From positions 2,848,001 to 2,912,000 of the forward strand of contig OY970173.1 of assembly GCA_963707635.1 (NCBI GenBank): DNA of 64,000 nucleotides, given 5' to 3'. Below the pieces are notes generated by a model, which searched no databases, was not told where the DNA came from, and saw only the letters and a list, made by a program, of their open reading frames with translations. Made by a program: the position numbers and the translations under genes. Origin of the DNA: Candidatus Latescibacterota bacterium. Its GTDB lineage: Bacteria; Krumholzibacteriota; Krumholzibacteriia; WVZY01; JAKEHA01. Positions 28,480 to 38,369 of this stretch are shown one piece after another (position 1 is the stretch's first letter; each line of letters opens with the position of its first letter).

Positions 28480-30081
28480 ATGCGGATTCGTTCAACAACG
28501 GTGCTGTGGATGGCCCTCGTGGCCGCGCTGGGCGCGTGCTCGCAGTCGGCGGGCCCGGAGCCCGGTCCCTCGGGCGGTTGCGTGACCGACCTCTCGTGCG
28601 CGTTCAGCCAGGAGTGCGACGGCACGGGGTGCGGTCCGATGGAGCCGGGGCTGTATCCGCACATCCAGACCGCGTCGGCGCTGTTTCGCCCCTACGTCGA
28701 CAACAGTGAGCTCGCGTGGCGCGCGAGCCACTACGACCTGTTGATCGGCCAGGCGAGGGCGGACGAGATTCGCGCCTTCAACCCCCGCGCGCGAATATTC
28801 GACTACATTAACACGCGCTACCTGGTGATGGACGTCGCCGCCTACGTGTGGGCGCAGGCACACGGGTACGACAACGAGGACTTCTATCTCCATTACAAGG
28901 AAGACACCGCGGTGCCCACCTGGGAGAGTACGGTGCTCGTGCCGGGATTCCCGCCCGGCATCGTGCCCGGCTACAACCCCGGCGGCGGCGGCAACCCCGC
29001 GTCTGCGACCACGCGCCCCCAGTCCCGCGTTCCCGGGTTCGCATCCGCTTCCGGCACATCGACGCCGTGGTACCTCGCGAACGTCGACCACCCCGGCTAC
29101 CGGCGGTTCCTGCGCGACCACGTCGAAGGCCTGATCGACGGGACCTACTGGTTCACCGGATTCGCGACCGGGCCGATCGACGGAGTTCTCTGCGACAACG
29201 CGATTTTCTACTCGGCGTTCAACGAAGGCGTCATCGAGCACTCGACCGAGTACTACGGCACGCCGATGACCGACAACCACCCCTACCCGGTGGCCTACGA
29301 GACGCTGTACCCGGAGCTGGCCCAGGGTGTGCTCGACCAGACCGGGCGCACGGCCGACCTCATGCCCAACTACGGGCACGTGTTCTTCCTGAATTATCCC
29401 AACCGGTCCGCCATCGGCGTGCAGGCGACGACGCCGTGGATCTGGGGCGAGGTGTGGGTGACGTACACCGGCGTGTGGTCGCCGACGACCGGGGGCAACC
29501 GCTGCATCACCTACGAGTACGACTACGTGAACGCCGTGAGCAAGATCGTCGAGCAGACGCGGGCGGGCGGGCGCCGCATCCTGGGCGCGCGCGACCTCGC
29601 GAGCGGCACGGCGGGAACCGACCGCGGCAAGCTGTTCACGCTCGGGCTCTACTACCTGGTCCACAACTCGCACACGTACTACATGTACGAAACCGTCGGC
29701 GGCCACCAGTACGCCACCCCGATCGCGAACTGGGCGTGGAATTCCGCCGTGACCTACGACGTCGGTCAGCCCGACGTGATTCCCAACGGCGCGGTGGACT
29801 TCCAGGGACACGCGAACACGAAGGAGCACTACGTCTTCGCAACCGGAAGCGACCCGTACAACTCAGCGCTGACCTACCGCGTGCTCGCCCGGCGCTTCAC
29901 CAACGCGCTGGTGCTGGTCAAGATGCTGCCCAACGGTTCCGTCACCGACGACCGCAGCCTCACGACGCACGCGCTGGGCGGCTCTTACGCGGTGCTCAAC
30001 GCGGACGGATCCCTCGGCGCCGTCGTCACGCACGCGCAAATTCGCAACAACGAAGCGCTGATCCTGATTTCCCTCGACTGA
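28480..30081 (+). CDS. Lipoprotein, putative glycoside hydrolase (GHL15-like) with Cys-rich N-terminal module
   Basis: Lipobox LGAC, 4-Cys segment, IDGVLCDN, aromatic-rich core, C-terminal RRFTNALVLV. Confidence 0.6.
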   Translation: MRIRSTTVLWMALVAALGACSQSAGPEPGPSGGCVTDLSCAFSQECDGTGCGPMEPGLYPHIQTASALFRPYVDNSELAWRASHYDLLIGQARADEIRAFNPRARIFDYINTRYLVMDVAAYVWAQAHGYDNEDFYLHYKEDTAVPTWESTVLVPGFPPGIVPGYNPGGGGNPASATTRPQSRVPGFASASGTSTPWYLANVDHPGYRRFLRDHVEGLIDGTYWFTGFATGPIDGVLCDNAIFYSAFNEGVIEHSTEYYGTPMTDNHPYPVAYETLYPELAQGVLDQTGRTADLMPNYGHVFFLNYPNRSAIGVQATTPWIWGEVWVTYTGVWSPTTGGNRCITYEYDYVNAVSKIVEQTRAGGRRILGARDLASGTAGTDRGKLFTLGLYYLVHNSHTYYMYETVGGHQYATPIANWAWNSAVTYDVGQPDVIPNGAVDFQGHANTKEHYVFATGSDPYNSALTYRVLARRFTNALVLVKMLPNGSVTDDRSLTTHALGGSYAVLNADGSLGAVVTHAQIRNNEALILISLD

Positions 30082-30192
30082 TCCACGAGAGAGGCCCGAC
30101 GGTCATCGTTCGCCCCCTTTGACGTTGACCGCGGCGCCGGACCGCGCGTACACTTCGCGTGCCGCTCCGTCAGGTCGACCACTTATTTCCGT

Positions 30193-31761
30193 ATGGAAAA
30201 CCTCATCCGGTGGTCCCGGCTTCGCCTGCTCCGAACAACGCTTCTGGTCGCCTGTCTTTCGTGCGCCCACCTCGAAACGGTCGAGCGAAAGAACTACGAG
30301 CCCGGCGAATTCTACATGGTTCCGCAGCTGGATACGGCCAACCTGTCCCACTCGTCGCCGTTTCTGAAGGTCCACATGCGCAACGGGGACGTCTACATTC
30401 TCGAGCGCTGGTCGGTGGCCGAACTCATCGTGACCGGATACGGCTGCCGGCTCGACGCGGTGCGCGACACGGTGGCAATGGGCGATTTCGTGGTGGGCGT
30501 CGATTCCGTCGCCATCATTGAGACCAACGTCGTGTCGGGAGCGTCCGCCGTCGCCCCGCTTGCATTCATGACCGGTGTCACGGCCGGGGTGGGGGCGTTA
30601 TGCCTTACCAATCCCAAGGCCTGCTTCGGCTCGTGCCCGACATTCTATCTTCCCGACGAGGATCGGGACCGACCGCGTGCCGAAGGCTTCTCGTCCAGCA
30701 TCACTCCGTCGCTGGAGGCCGCCGACGTCGATGACCTGCGCCGCGTCGCCGGCTCGGGGGAGCGGGTCGACCTCGAGATGCGCAACGAAGCGCTCGAAAC
30801 CCACGTGGTCCGCCACGCCGACGTGATCGCGGTGCCCCGGGCGCCGGGCCACCGCACGCTGGCGGACGCGGCCGGGCGGTTTTGGAACGCGGCGGCCTTC
30901 GCAACCCCCACCGCCGCTCGCGGTCCGGAAGGCGATTGCCTCGAACTGGTCGCGCGTCTGGACGGACGCGAACGGCGAAGCGACACCGACTCGACCAACC
31001 TCGGCGCGCACGAACTCGTGGTGCTCGAGTTCGCCGGCCTCGAACCGGGCCGCTACGGAGCGGTGATCGGCTGCCGTCAGAGTCTCCTGACGACATTCCT
31101 GCTCTATCAGACCTACGCATACATGGGACGCGCCGCGGGGTACTGGATCGCCGAGATCGAACGAGGGCACATCCAGATGTCGGCAGAACTCATCGCGCGT
31201 CTCGCCGGGTGCATCGAGGTTCGCGTGGAGGACGGGCACGGTGTCTCGACCGACGCCGGCGAGGTCTGCGAGTTCGGCCCGATCGCCACCGACGTGCACG
31301 TGGTCCCCATCGCAGGGGAGATCGGCGAATCGGTGCGGGTCACACTCGACATGACGCGCGGCAACTGGCGCCTCGACTGGGTCGGCCTCGCTCGCCTGGA
31401 AGAGAGCGCAGCCCCCGTTCGCATCCGCCCCGAGGCGGTATGGAACGCGGGCGAAAAGGATTCCGACGCGCTGGACGCGCTCCTCGACCCCGCGCGCGCG
31501 TTCACGACGCTGCCGGGAGACCGCGTCTCGCTGACCTACCGGATGCCGGGCGGCAACGACGAGTTCGACCTGTTCCTGGAAACCCGGGGTTACTACCTCG
31601 AATGGATCCGCGAGGAATGGGTGGCCGATGAGAGTCCCACGCTCTTGATGGAGATGTTCATGATGCCCGACCAGGCGCTGGTGCGGCTTGCGCCCGCTTT
31701 CAAACGCGTCGAGGGGCGCATGGAGGAGCAGTTCTGGAGCAGTCGCTATGCGAAGCCGTAG
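30193..31761 (+). CDS. Hypothetical lipoprotein with KACFGSCP motif
   Basis: Lipobox-like CLSC, 522-aa ORF, upstream TTGACC-N18-TACACT. Confidence 0.75.
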   Translation: MENLIRWSRLRLLRTTLLVACLSCAHLETVERKNYEPGEFYMVPQLDTANLSHSSPFLKVHMRNGDVYILERWSVAELIVTGYGCRLDAVRDTVAMGDFVVGVDSVAIIETNVVSGASAVAPLAFMTGVTAGVGALCLTNPKACFGSCPTFYLPDEDRDRPRAEGFSSSITPSLEAADVDDLRRVAGSGERVDLEMRNEALETHVVRHADVIAVPRAPGHRTLADAAGRFWNAAAFATPTAARGPEGDCLELVARLDGRERRSDTDSTNLGAHELVVLEFAGLEPGRYGAVIGCRQSLLTTFLLYQTYAYMGRAAGYWIAEIERGHIQMSAELIARLAGCIEVRVEDGHGVSTDAGEVCEFGPIATDVHVVPIAGEIGESVRVTLDMTRGNWRLDWVGLARLEESAAPVRIRPEAVWNAGEKDSDALDALLDPARAFTTLPGDRVSLTYRMPGGNDEFDLFLETRGYYLEWIREEWVADESPTLLMEMFMMPDQALVRLAPAFKRVEGRMEEQFWSSRYAKP

Positions 31762-32827
31762 CGCGCGCGCGACGCGCGACGCCGTCCTCCTGGCACTCGC
31801 GGTCACACTCGGCGCATGCGCGAGCACGCCGGCGCCGCGGGGGTGGCTGCCGGATGCGCGCCAGTCTCAGCGGGACGCGCACGGCGCGTGGGTGAATGTC
31901 GAGTACAGCGACTGGACCCAAAACGTCCACGCGGTGTGGGGCGAGCTGATCGCGTCGCACGACGACTCGCTGTTTGTGGCCACGCTGCAGGGTCTTCGCG
32001 GGGTTGCGTGGACGGATGTCACGCGCGGCGTCATCGTGACCTACGACCCCAGGGCAGATGCTGCCACGGGCTGGGCCATGATGGGTGTACTCGGCAGCCT
32101 GACCAACGGCTGGTTTTTCGTCTTCACTGGACCGGCGTGGATGATCATCGGCGCGTCGACCACTCACTCTCTCGTTCGCGACGCGACGATCAAGGTGCCA
32201 CAAAAAGAACCGGACATGGACTCTATCGCCATGTACGCCCGCTTCCCCCAGGGGCTTCCCGAGGGCGTCGACAGGTCCAGACTCAAGCTCGCAGCACCGC
32301 CGGAAGAGGAGCCCAAGCGCCCGCCCTCCGGCTATCCCACCCGGCCCACGGCCCAGACTCGCGCCGACGTGCGCTCGTTCGAGTACGAGCCGGTTCGAAG
32401 GGTCGGGGGCGGGGTCACGGCGTGGACCGGGCTGCAAACCGACGGCACTCTGTGGGCCGTCGGCGTCTGCCCGCGCGTCCTCGGGAGTCTGTTCGTGACC
32501 GGTACCTATGGCCGAACCCACGGCGATTTCGCGACCCTCACGGACTGGACAACGGGCTTGCGCCTCGGTCGCAAGTACTTCTTCGGCGCAAAGTACATAC
32601 ACAGTTCGAGCGACGCGGGTGGCGCAAAAGGATGGGGTGCCTACGGCGGTATCTTGAGCGATCCCCACAAGGGATTGTCCGTCGGCGCCACGTTTGGCTA
32701 CGACATCCGGGAATTCGAGTTGACGCCTGCCCGCCAGGTCCCGACGCGGGACCTCGCGTGGCTCGCGCTGATGCTGCAGCTCACCCCCTCCGCGCTGAAG
32801 GGGCGCAGCAGCGACGAGAAGCGATGA
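31748..32827 (+). CDS. Hypothetical lipoprotein with beta-strand-rich C-terminal half
   Basis: Lipobox LGAC, overlaps the previous stop, central hydrophobic hairpin, Pro-rich linker. Confidence 0.65.
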   Translation: MRSRSARATRDAVLLALAVTLGACASTPAPRGWLPDARQSQRDAHGAWVNVEYSDWTQNVHAVWGELIASHDDSLFVATLQGLRGVAWTDVTRGVIVTYDPRADAATGWAMMGVLGSLTNGWFFVFTGPAWMIIGASTTHSLVRDATIKVPQKEPDMDSIAMYARFPQGLPEGVDRSRLKLAAPPEEEPKRPPSGYPTRPTAQTRADVRSFEYEPVRRVGGGVTAWTGLQTDGTLWAVGVCPRVLGSLFVTGTYGRTHGDFATLTDWTTGLRLGRKYFFGAKYIHSSSDAGGAKGWGAYGGILSDPHKGLSVGATFGYDIREFELTPARQVPTRDLAWLALMLQLTPSALKGRSSDEKR

Positions 32828-32830
32828 CTA

Positions 32831-34639
32831 TCAGCTGTCCGGCGAGCCCTTGTCGAAGCGCCGCATCACGAGGTAGGTGGTGTCGTCGATCTGGTTCGCG
32901 GCGCCGACAAACGCGCGCGCCGACGCGTAGAGCGCGGTGCACAGGCGGTAGGGCTTCAGGTCCAGATTCGCGCGCACGGACTCGATGAAGCGCTCCTCGC
33001 CGTACTCCTCCTCGGCCGCGTTCTGCGCCTCGGTCGCGCCGTCGGTGTAGCAGACGAGCACTTCGTCGGTGATGCGCAAACGCCCTTCGGTCCACTCGCC
33101 GTCGGGAAGAATGCCGAGCACGGTCCCGCCCGATTCGAGCCGGCGGAACGACCCGTCGGGCGACATCAGGATCGGCGAGTTGTGCCCCGCGTTGCAGTAG
33201 CTCAATTCGCCGCTGTCGGGGTCGAGCACGCCGATGAACGCGGTCACGAAGTCCTGCGGGCGCACGGTTTCGAGCAGAATCTGATTCGCGCGCAGCACGA
33301 TCTGCCGTGCGCTGGTCATGTACGGGGCGACCGTTCGCAGCGTGGCGCGGAAGCCGGCCATGATGAGCGAGGCCGGCACGCCCTTGCCCGCGACGTCCGC
33401 GATCGCGAACGCGACCAGGCGGTTCATGGACGGAAAGAAGTCGTAGTAGTCGCCGCTCACCTCGAACGACGGATAGTTGGCGCCCGCGATTCGGAACGCT
33501 CCCGAAATCAGCGATTTCTTGGGCGTGAAGAACTCCTGCACGGTGCGCGCAATGCGCAGCTCCTCTTCGAGCTCGAGCTTCACCTTGCGCTCCTCGATCA
33601 GATAGGCGCGGTCGATCGCAACCGCCGCCTGCGCGGCGAAGGCCTCCAGGAGGCGCAGGTCGTTCTCGGAGTAGGCGTCGAGTCGGTCGTTCTCGAGGTT
33701 GAAGAGCCCCAGCAGGCGGCCGCGCAGCATCATCGGCGCCACCATCTCGGAGCGCGTGCGGGCACGAACGTTGGCGTAGTGGGAATCGGCACGCACGTCG
33801 GGCACGATCACGCCCTGCTTCGTCCTGGCCACCACGCCCACGATTCCCTCGTCGGACTTGACCCGGATCCTGTCCTGCGCCCCCTGCGGATAACCGGTGT
33901 GGGCCACGCTGGCGATGGTGTCGGTCTTGCGCTCGTAGAGAAAGATGGACGCCGCGTCGTAGGGAACGAGCTTCTTGAGGTTGTCCAGAATCCGGTCCAG
34001 AGCCTCGGCGCGGGTCATGGACTTGCCCACGTCGGCGCTCACTTCGGCCAGGAGCTGGTACTCGAGCCGGCGCCGCTGCGCCTGGTCGCGCAGGCGCGCG
34101 TTCGCCACCGCCACCGCCACGTGCTCGCCCAGCGGCGTCAAGAGCGCCAGGTCGTCCTCGGTGAAGGGCTCCTCGTTCTTGCGATTGACGACTTCGAGGA
34201 TCCCGCGCACCAGCCCGCGCCGGGTCAGCGGGATCGCGATCAGCGAGGTCACCTTGAGGCCGAGCTTCCTGGCGATGACCGGGGCCACCTCGGAGTGGCG
34301 CACGTCGTTCAATATGATCGGCTCGCGCCGTTCCCACGTGCGGCCCATAACGCCCGCCCCGCGCGCGATCACAGCGCCGCGCACCTCGTCGTCGGCCACG
34401 CCGATCGCGCGCTCGAATACCATGCGCTCGCGGTCGTCAAGGACGGCGAGCAGCACGGCCTCTGCGCGCAGCGCCGTCTTGACGATCTTCAGCAGGCTCT
34501 TCAGGAGCTCGCCGAATTCGACGTTGGCGTTGAGCGTACGGCTCGCGGCGGAGAGAAGCTCGATCTCTCTCGCCTTCGCGATCAAGAGCTGACGTTCGGT
34601 GGTCAATTCAGGCTCCGGGACGAGGTGTAGAAGTTCCAT
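32831..34639 (-). CDS. Double-GAF SpoIIE/PP2C phosphatase (RsbU-like)
   Basis: Two GAF domains, VSGDYYD, IADVAGKG, NAGH, YTDGATE, DDTT. Confidence 0.93.
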   Translation of the reverse strand: MELLHLVPEPELTTERQLLIAKAREIELLSAASRTLNANVEFGELLKSLLKIVKTALRAEAVLLAVLDDRERMVFERAIGVADDEVRGAVIARGAGVMGRTWERREPIILNDVRHSEVAPVIARKLGLKVTSLIAIPLTRRGLVRGILEVVNRKNEEPFTEDDLALLTPLGEHVAVAVANARLRDQAQRRRLEYQLLAEVSADVGKSMTRAEALDRILDNLKKLVPYDAASIFLYERKTDTIASVAHTGYPQGAQDRIRVKSDEGIVGVVARTKQGVIVPDVRADSHYANVRARTRSEMVAPMMLRGRLLGLFNLENDRLDAYSENDLRLLEAFAAQAAVAIDRAYLIEERKVKLELEEELRIARTVQEFFTPKKSLISGAFRIAGANYPSFEVSGDYYDFFPSMNRLVAFAIADVAGKGVPASLIMAGFRATLRTVAPYMTSARQIVLRANQILLETVRPQDFVTAFIGVLDPDSGELSYCNAGHNSPILMSPDGSFRRLESGGTVLGILPDGEWTEGRLRITDEVLVCYTDGATEAQNAAEEEYGEERFIESVRANLDLKPYRLCTALYASARAFVGAANQIDDTTYLVMRRFDKGSPDS

Positions 34640-34769
34640 GGTTCTATGACTAATGCCGATGTGTCAAGACGAGAGTAAGGCCAGGGAAAGGGACGGAGAG
34701 GAAAAGCAGGGAGCATGCCAGAGCGAACGTGGCGGCGGATGCGGACCACGCGCGCCTCGGAGGGTGGGG

Positions 34770-35870
34770 TTACGCCACTGGAGAAATGGAGCGAATGCGT
34801 TCCGCGATTGCAAAAAACGCCTTCGCAACCGGAGCGTCGGGGTCGTGTTTCACGATCGGGTCGCCTTCGTCGCCGACGCGGCGCACGTTGGCGTCGAGCG
34901 GAATCTCGCCGAGGAACTCCACGCCCAGGCGCTTGCTGATCTCGCGCCCGCCGCCGTGGCTGAAGATTTCCGTGCGCTCCCCGCAGTGGGGACAGACGAA
35001 GTAGCTCATGTTCTCGATGATTCCGAGTACGGGCGCGTGGACCGTGCGATACATCTCGAGGCCCTTCTCGGCATCGACCAGCGAGAGCTCGGAGGGGGTG
35101 GTGACGATGATCGCCCCCGAGAGCGGGACCGTCTGCACCAGGGTGAGCTGGGCGTCACCCGTCCCGGGGGGCATGTCGATCATGAGATAGTCCAGCGTGC
35201 CCCAATCAACGTCGTTTAGGAACTTCTTCACCACGCCCATCACGATCGGCCCCCGCCAGATCACCGGCTGGCCGCGGTCGGTGAGGAATCCCAGCGACAT
35301 GAGCTTGAGCCCGTCTTTCTCGACCGGGGCGATCTCCTTGTTTTTCCCTGCCTGCGGGCGATCGGTGGCCCCCATCAACACGTGGACGCTCGGGCCATAG
35401 ACATCGGCGTCCATCAGACCGACGCGGCTGCCGAGCTTCGAGAGCGCGAGGGCGAGATTCACGCACACGGTCGACTTTCCGACGCCGCCTTTGGCCGACG
35501 AGACCGCAATGATGTGCTTGACCCCCGCGATCGGCGCCTGACCCTCGAACGGGCTCGCGCCGGGGCCTCCGCGGACGGGGCCGGGCCCGGTGTTCGGCTG
35601 GGCGGGGCCGGTCGCGGCGAGCTTTGGCTTCGCCCCCCTGGTCATGATGATGACCTCGCGCACGCCGGCGAGCCGCTTGACGGCGGTGCGGCTCTCGTCC
35701 TCGACGCGCGCCTTGACCTTCGCGTCGTCGACGGGAAGATTCAGCGAGAGAGTCACGATGTCGCCCTGGACGCCGATCTTCTCGACCCGCTTCTGGGTGA
35801 CGATGCTCCCGACCCCGTAGACGTCGACGACGGCTTCGAGGGCGGACTGGATCGCGGATGAATCGATCAT
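34770..35870 (-). CDS. mrp: Mrp/NBP35 (ApbC) Fe-S cluster carrier ATPase
   Basis: KGGVGKST, DADVYGPS, DMPPGTGD, ENMSYFVCPHC. Confidence 0.95.
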   Translation of the reverse strand: MIDSSAIQSALEAVVDVYGVGSIVTQKRVEKIGVQGDIVTLSLNLPVDDAKVKARVEDESRTAVKRLAGVREVIIMTRGAKPKLAATGPAQPNTGPGPVRGGPGASPFEGQAPIAGVKHIIAVSSAKGGVGKSTVCVNLALALSKLGSRVGLMDADVYGPSVHVLMGATDRPQAGKNKEIAPVEKDGLKLMSLGFLTDRGQPVIWRGPIVMGVVKKFLNDVDWGTLDYLMIDMPPGTGDAQLTLVQTVPLSGAIIVTTPSELSLVDAEKGLEMYRTVHAPVLGIIENMSYFVCPHCGERTEIFSHGGGREISKRLGVEFLGEIPLDANVRRVGDEGDPIVKHDPDAPVAKAFFAIAERIRSISPVA

Positions 35871-35961
35871 GTTGAGACCGTGACGAATTGATTGACGCTA
35901 TTCGCCGACTCGACTAGCGTCACAGACGACTTCCGTCGCGTCGGACCAAAGGAGTTGCTTC

Positions 35962-36135
35962 ATGAATGCAAGGACCCAGCGCACCGTCGGCCTCGCCTGC
36001 CTCATCCTCTCCGCCGTGATCGGCATCCTCAATCTGAAGCGGACCATGAACCTGGGCATGACCTCGACCGGCGTCATCCTGCTGGTCGTTGGCGCGGTGC
36101 TCATGAGGAAGTCGCGGCAGAAGACCGCCGGGTAA
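35962..36135 (+). CDS. 57-aa two-TM small membrane protein
   Basis: AAGGAG RBS; MNARTQRTVGLACLILSAVIGILNLKRTMNLGMTSTGVILLVVGAVLMRKSRQKTAG*; not in the ORF track. Confidence 0.7.
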   Translation: MNARTQRTVGLACLILSAVIGILNLKRTMNLGMTSTGVILLVVGAVLMRKSRQKTAG

Positions 36136-36213
36136 GCGCGTCCGGACCCGGGCCTCGCGCCCGGGATGCGCACCACTATAGCTGCCCGTCGGGCCAACTG
36201 GCAACGACCGTTA

Positions 36214-37141
36214 ATGTCCAAGATCACCCCCATTGCTTCCACCCGTTCGTCCCTCACGCGCTACGCGTGGCTCTCGATCGGCGCGGCACTCGTCACCATC
36301 GCGCTCAAGGCGGCCGCGTACTTCCTGACCGGTTCGGTCGGGCTCCTCTCGGACGCGCTCGAATCGGTGGTCAACCTGGCGGGCGCCGTCATGGCGCTCG
36401 CGATGCTGACCATTGCCGCCCGCCCCGCCGACGAGACCCACGCGTACGGTCACAACAAGGCCGAGTACTTCTCGAGCGGCATGGAGGGCGCGCTGATCCT
36501 GGTCGCCGCCGCGAGCATCGGGTTTGCGGCGGTGCGACGGCTGCTCACCCCGCAACCGCTCGAGCAGGTTGGAATCGGCATCACCGTGTCGATGATGGCG
36601 GCGGTGGTCAACCTGGTGGTGGCGCTCGTCCTCCTCCGCGCCGGCCGCAAGCATCACTCGGTCACGCTCGAAGCCGACGCGCACCATCTGCTGACCGACG
36701 TGTGGACGTCCTCGGGCGTGCTGGCGGGCGTGGGACTGGTCGTGCTCACGGGCTGGCAGCGCCTCGACCCGATCGTCGCGCTCCTGGTGACACTCAACAT
36801 CGTGCTGACCGGGGTCAGGATCGTGCGCACGTCGGTGCTGGGCCTGATGGACACCGCGCTCCCGGCCGGCGAGCAGCTCGCGCTGCGCGCGATACTCGAT
36901 CGCCACACGGCCGCGAACGGGATCGAGTTCCACGCCTCTGCGCACCCGCCAGTCGGCGGCGCGGCGATTCGTGTCGGTGCACGTGCTGGTACCGGGCGAC
37001 TGGACCGTCCAACACGGCCACCGGGTGCTCGAGGCGATCGAGGCCGACATTCGCTCCGCGCTGCCCAACGCGAGCGTGCTCACGCACCTGGAATCGCTGG
37101 ATGATCCGGCGTCGTGGGACGACGAGACGCTGGACCGGTAA
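36214..37141 (+). CDS. Cation diffusion facilitator (FieF-like); +1 frameshift near 36936
   Basis: [28 protein letters not shown]; shifted tail [24 protein letters not shown]...LTHLE. Confidence 0.9.
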
Positions 37142-37171
37142 GCGCCACGCGCCGGCGCGAGGCGGGGAGAG

Positions 37172-38368
37172 TCAGGCGGGCGGACGGGCCTTCGGATCCT
37201 TCGCCTCGGGACGGATGAGCGCCAGGCTCGCCGTGTGGCCGTGCAGAAAGTTCTTTCCCCCCACCGGACCGATTTCGCCCGCGCAGAAAAACCCCGCCAC
37301 GTCGAGGCCGCGGAAGAAGCCCGTGATGGCCGAGATGTCGCCGTCGGGCTCCTGGTAGAGGTGCGTGCCGCGCCCGTTGCACGAAAACAGGAACGCGCCG
37401 CTGGGGTCGCCGAACAGCGAGTGCGGGCTCAGCATCATCTCCAGGTCCTCGCGCGCCGTGCGGGCGTCGCGCAGGTGGAACTGCACGCGCTCGCCGGTTT
37501 CGATCACGTCGCCGACGGCGATGGCGCCGCTCTTGTTGTCGGCTCCGATTACGCCGCGGATCAGGAAATCGCCGCGGCCCAGGTTCTCCTTGCTGGAATC
37601 GATCGCGCGGCCGATGAAGAGCCCGTTGTGCAGGAGCTGGCGGTCGTCTTCGTCGAGCTCGTCGAGGAGGTCCCCGATGCGCTCCAGCGGGGACTCTTCC
37701 CCCAGCGCATCGATTACGTTGTGGGTCGCCGCGGTCACTTCGAACACCGGTCCGATCGGGCGGCAGCCCTGCGACACGATGATGTCGACGCCGATGGGGC
37801 CCGAAAACGCGAGCCCCACCACGCCCTCGCGCACCACCCGGTCGTTCATGAACAGCACGGTCTCGCCGGGCTGCCGGGCGCCGCTCGCCATCCCGCCGAT
37901 GATGGGGACGCCCTCGCACCCGGTGTTGAACGCGGCGAGGATGCCTTCCATCGGCGTGCTGAACGGGTCCGCCAGCATGACGAAGAAGCGGGTGCCCGCC
38001 GGGGGGTCGTAGGCCTTGTGCAGCTGCATCGGATTGCGCGCGATTTGCATCGCGTCCTGCGCCGAAATGAAGAACGGCTCGACGCCGACGCCGGGGAGCT
38101 TCGCCGCCACCACCGCAATCGCGGGCTCGCCCTCGATCTCGTGCGTCGGACCGATCACGCCCTCGCCGCAGCAGCCGACCATGACGCGCGCGCCGATGGC
38201 CGCCTTCAGGTCGCGGGCGAAACCCTCGGCCCGCGTCGCGAAGTGCGTGCTCGGAAACACCAGCGCCACGTCCACGCTCTCGCCGAGGCGGTCGAGAATC
38301 GACTTCGACACCTCGGAGAGAATGACGTCCAGGTTCTGGTCGACGACGGAAATGGAAGCGAAACGCAT
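37172..38368 (-). CDS. FIST domain signal-transduction protein
   Basis: GCCGEGVIG, VSQGCRPIG, FSCNGRG, GFFCAGEIGP. Confidence 0.92.
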   Translation of the reverse strand: MRFASISVVDQNLDVILSEVSKSILDRLGESVDVALVFPSTHFATRAEGFARDLKAAIGARVMVGCCGEGVIGPTHEIEGEPAIAVVAAKLPGVGVEPFFISAQDAMQIARNPMQLHKAYDPPAGTRFFVMLADPFSTPMEGILAAFNTGCEGVPIIGGMASGARQPGETVLFMNDRVVREGVVGLAFSGPIGVDIIVSQGCRPIGPVFEVTAATHNVIDALGEESPLERIGDLLDELDEDDRQLLHNGLFIGRAIDSSKENLGRGDFLIRGVIGADNKSGAIAVGDVIETGERVQFHLRDARTAREDLEMMLSPHSLFGDPSGAFLFSCNGRGTHLYQEPDGDISAITGFFRGLDVAGFFCAGEIGPVGGKNFLHGHTASLALIRPEAKDPKARPPA

Positions 38369-38369
38369 A

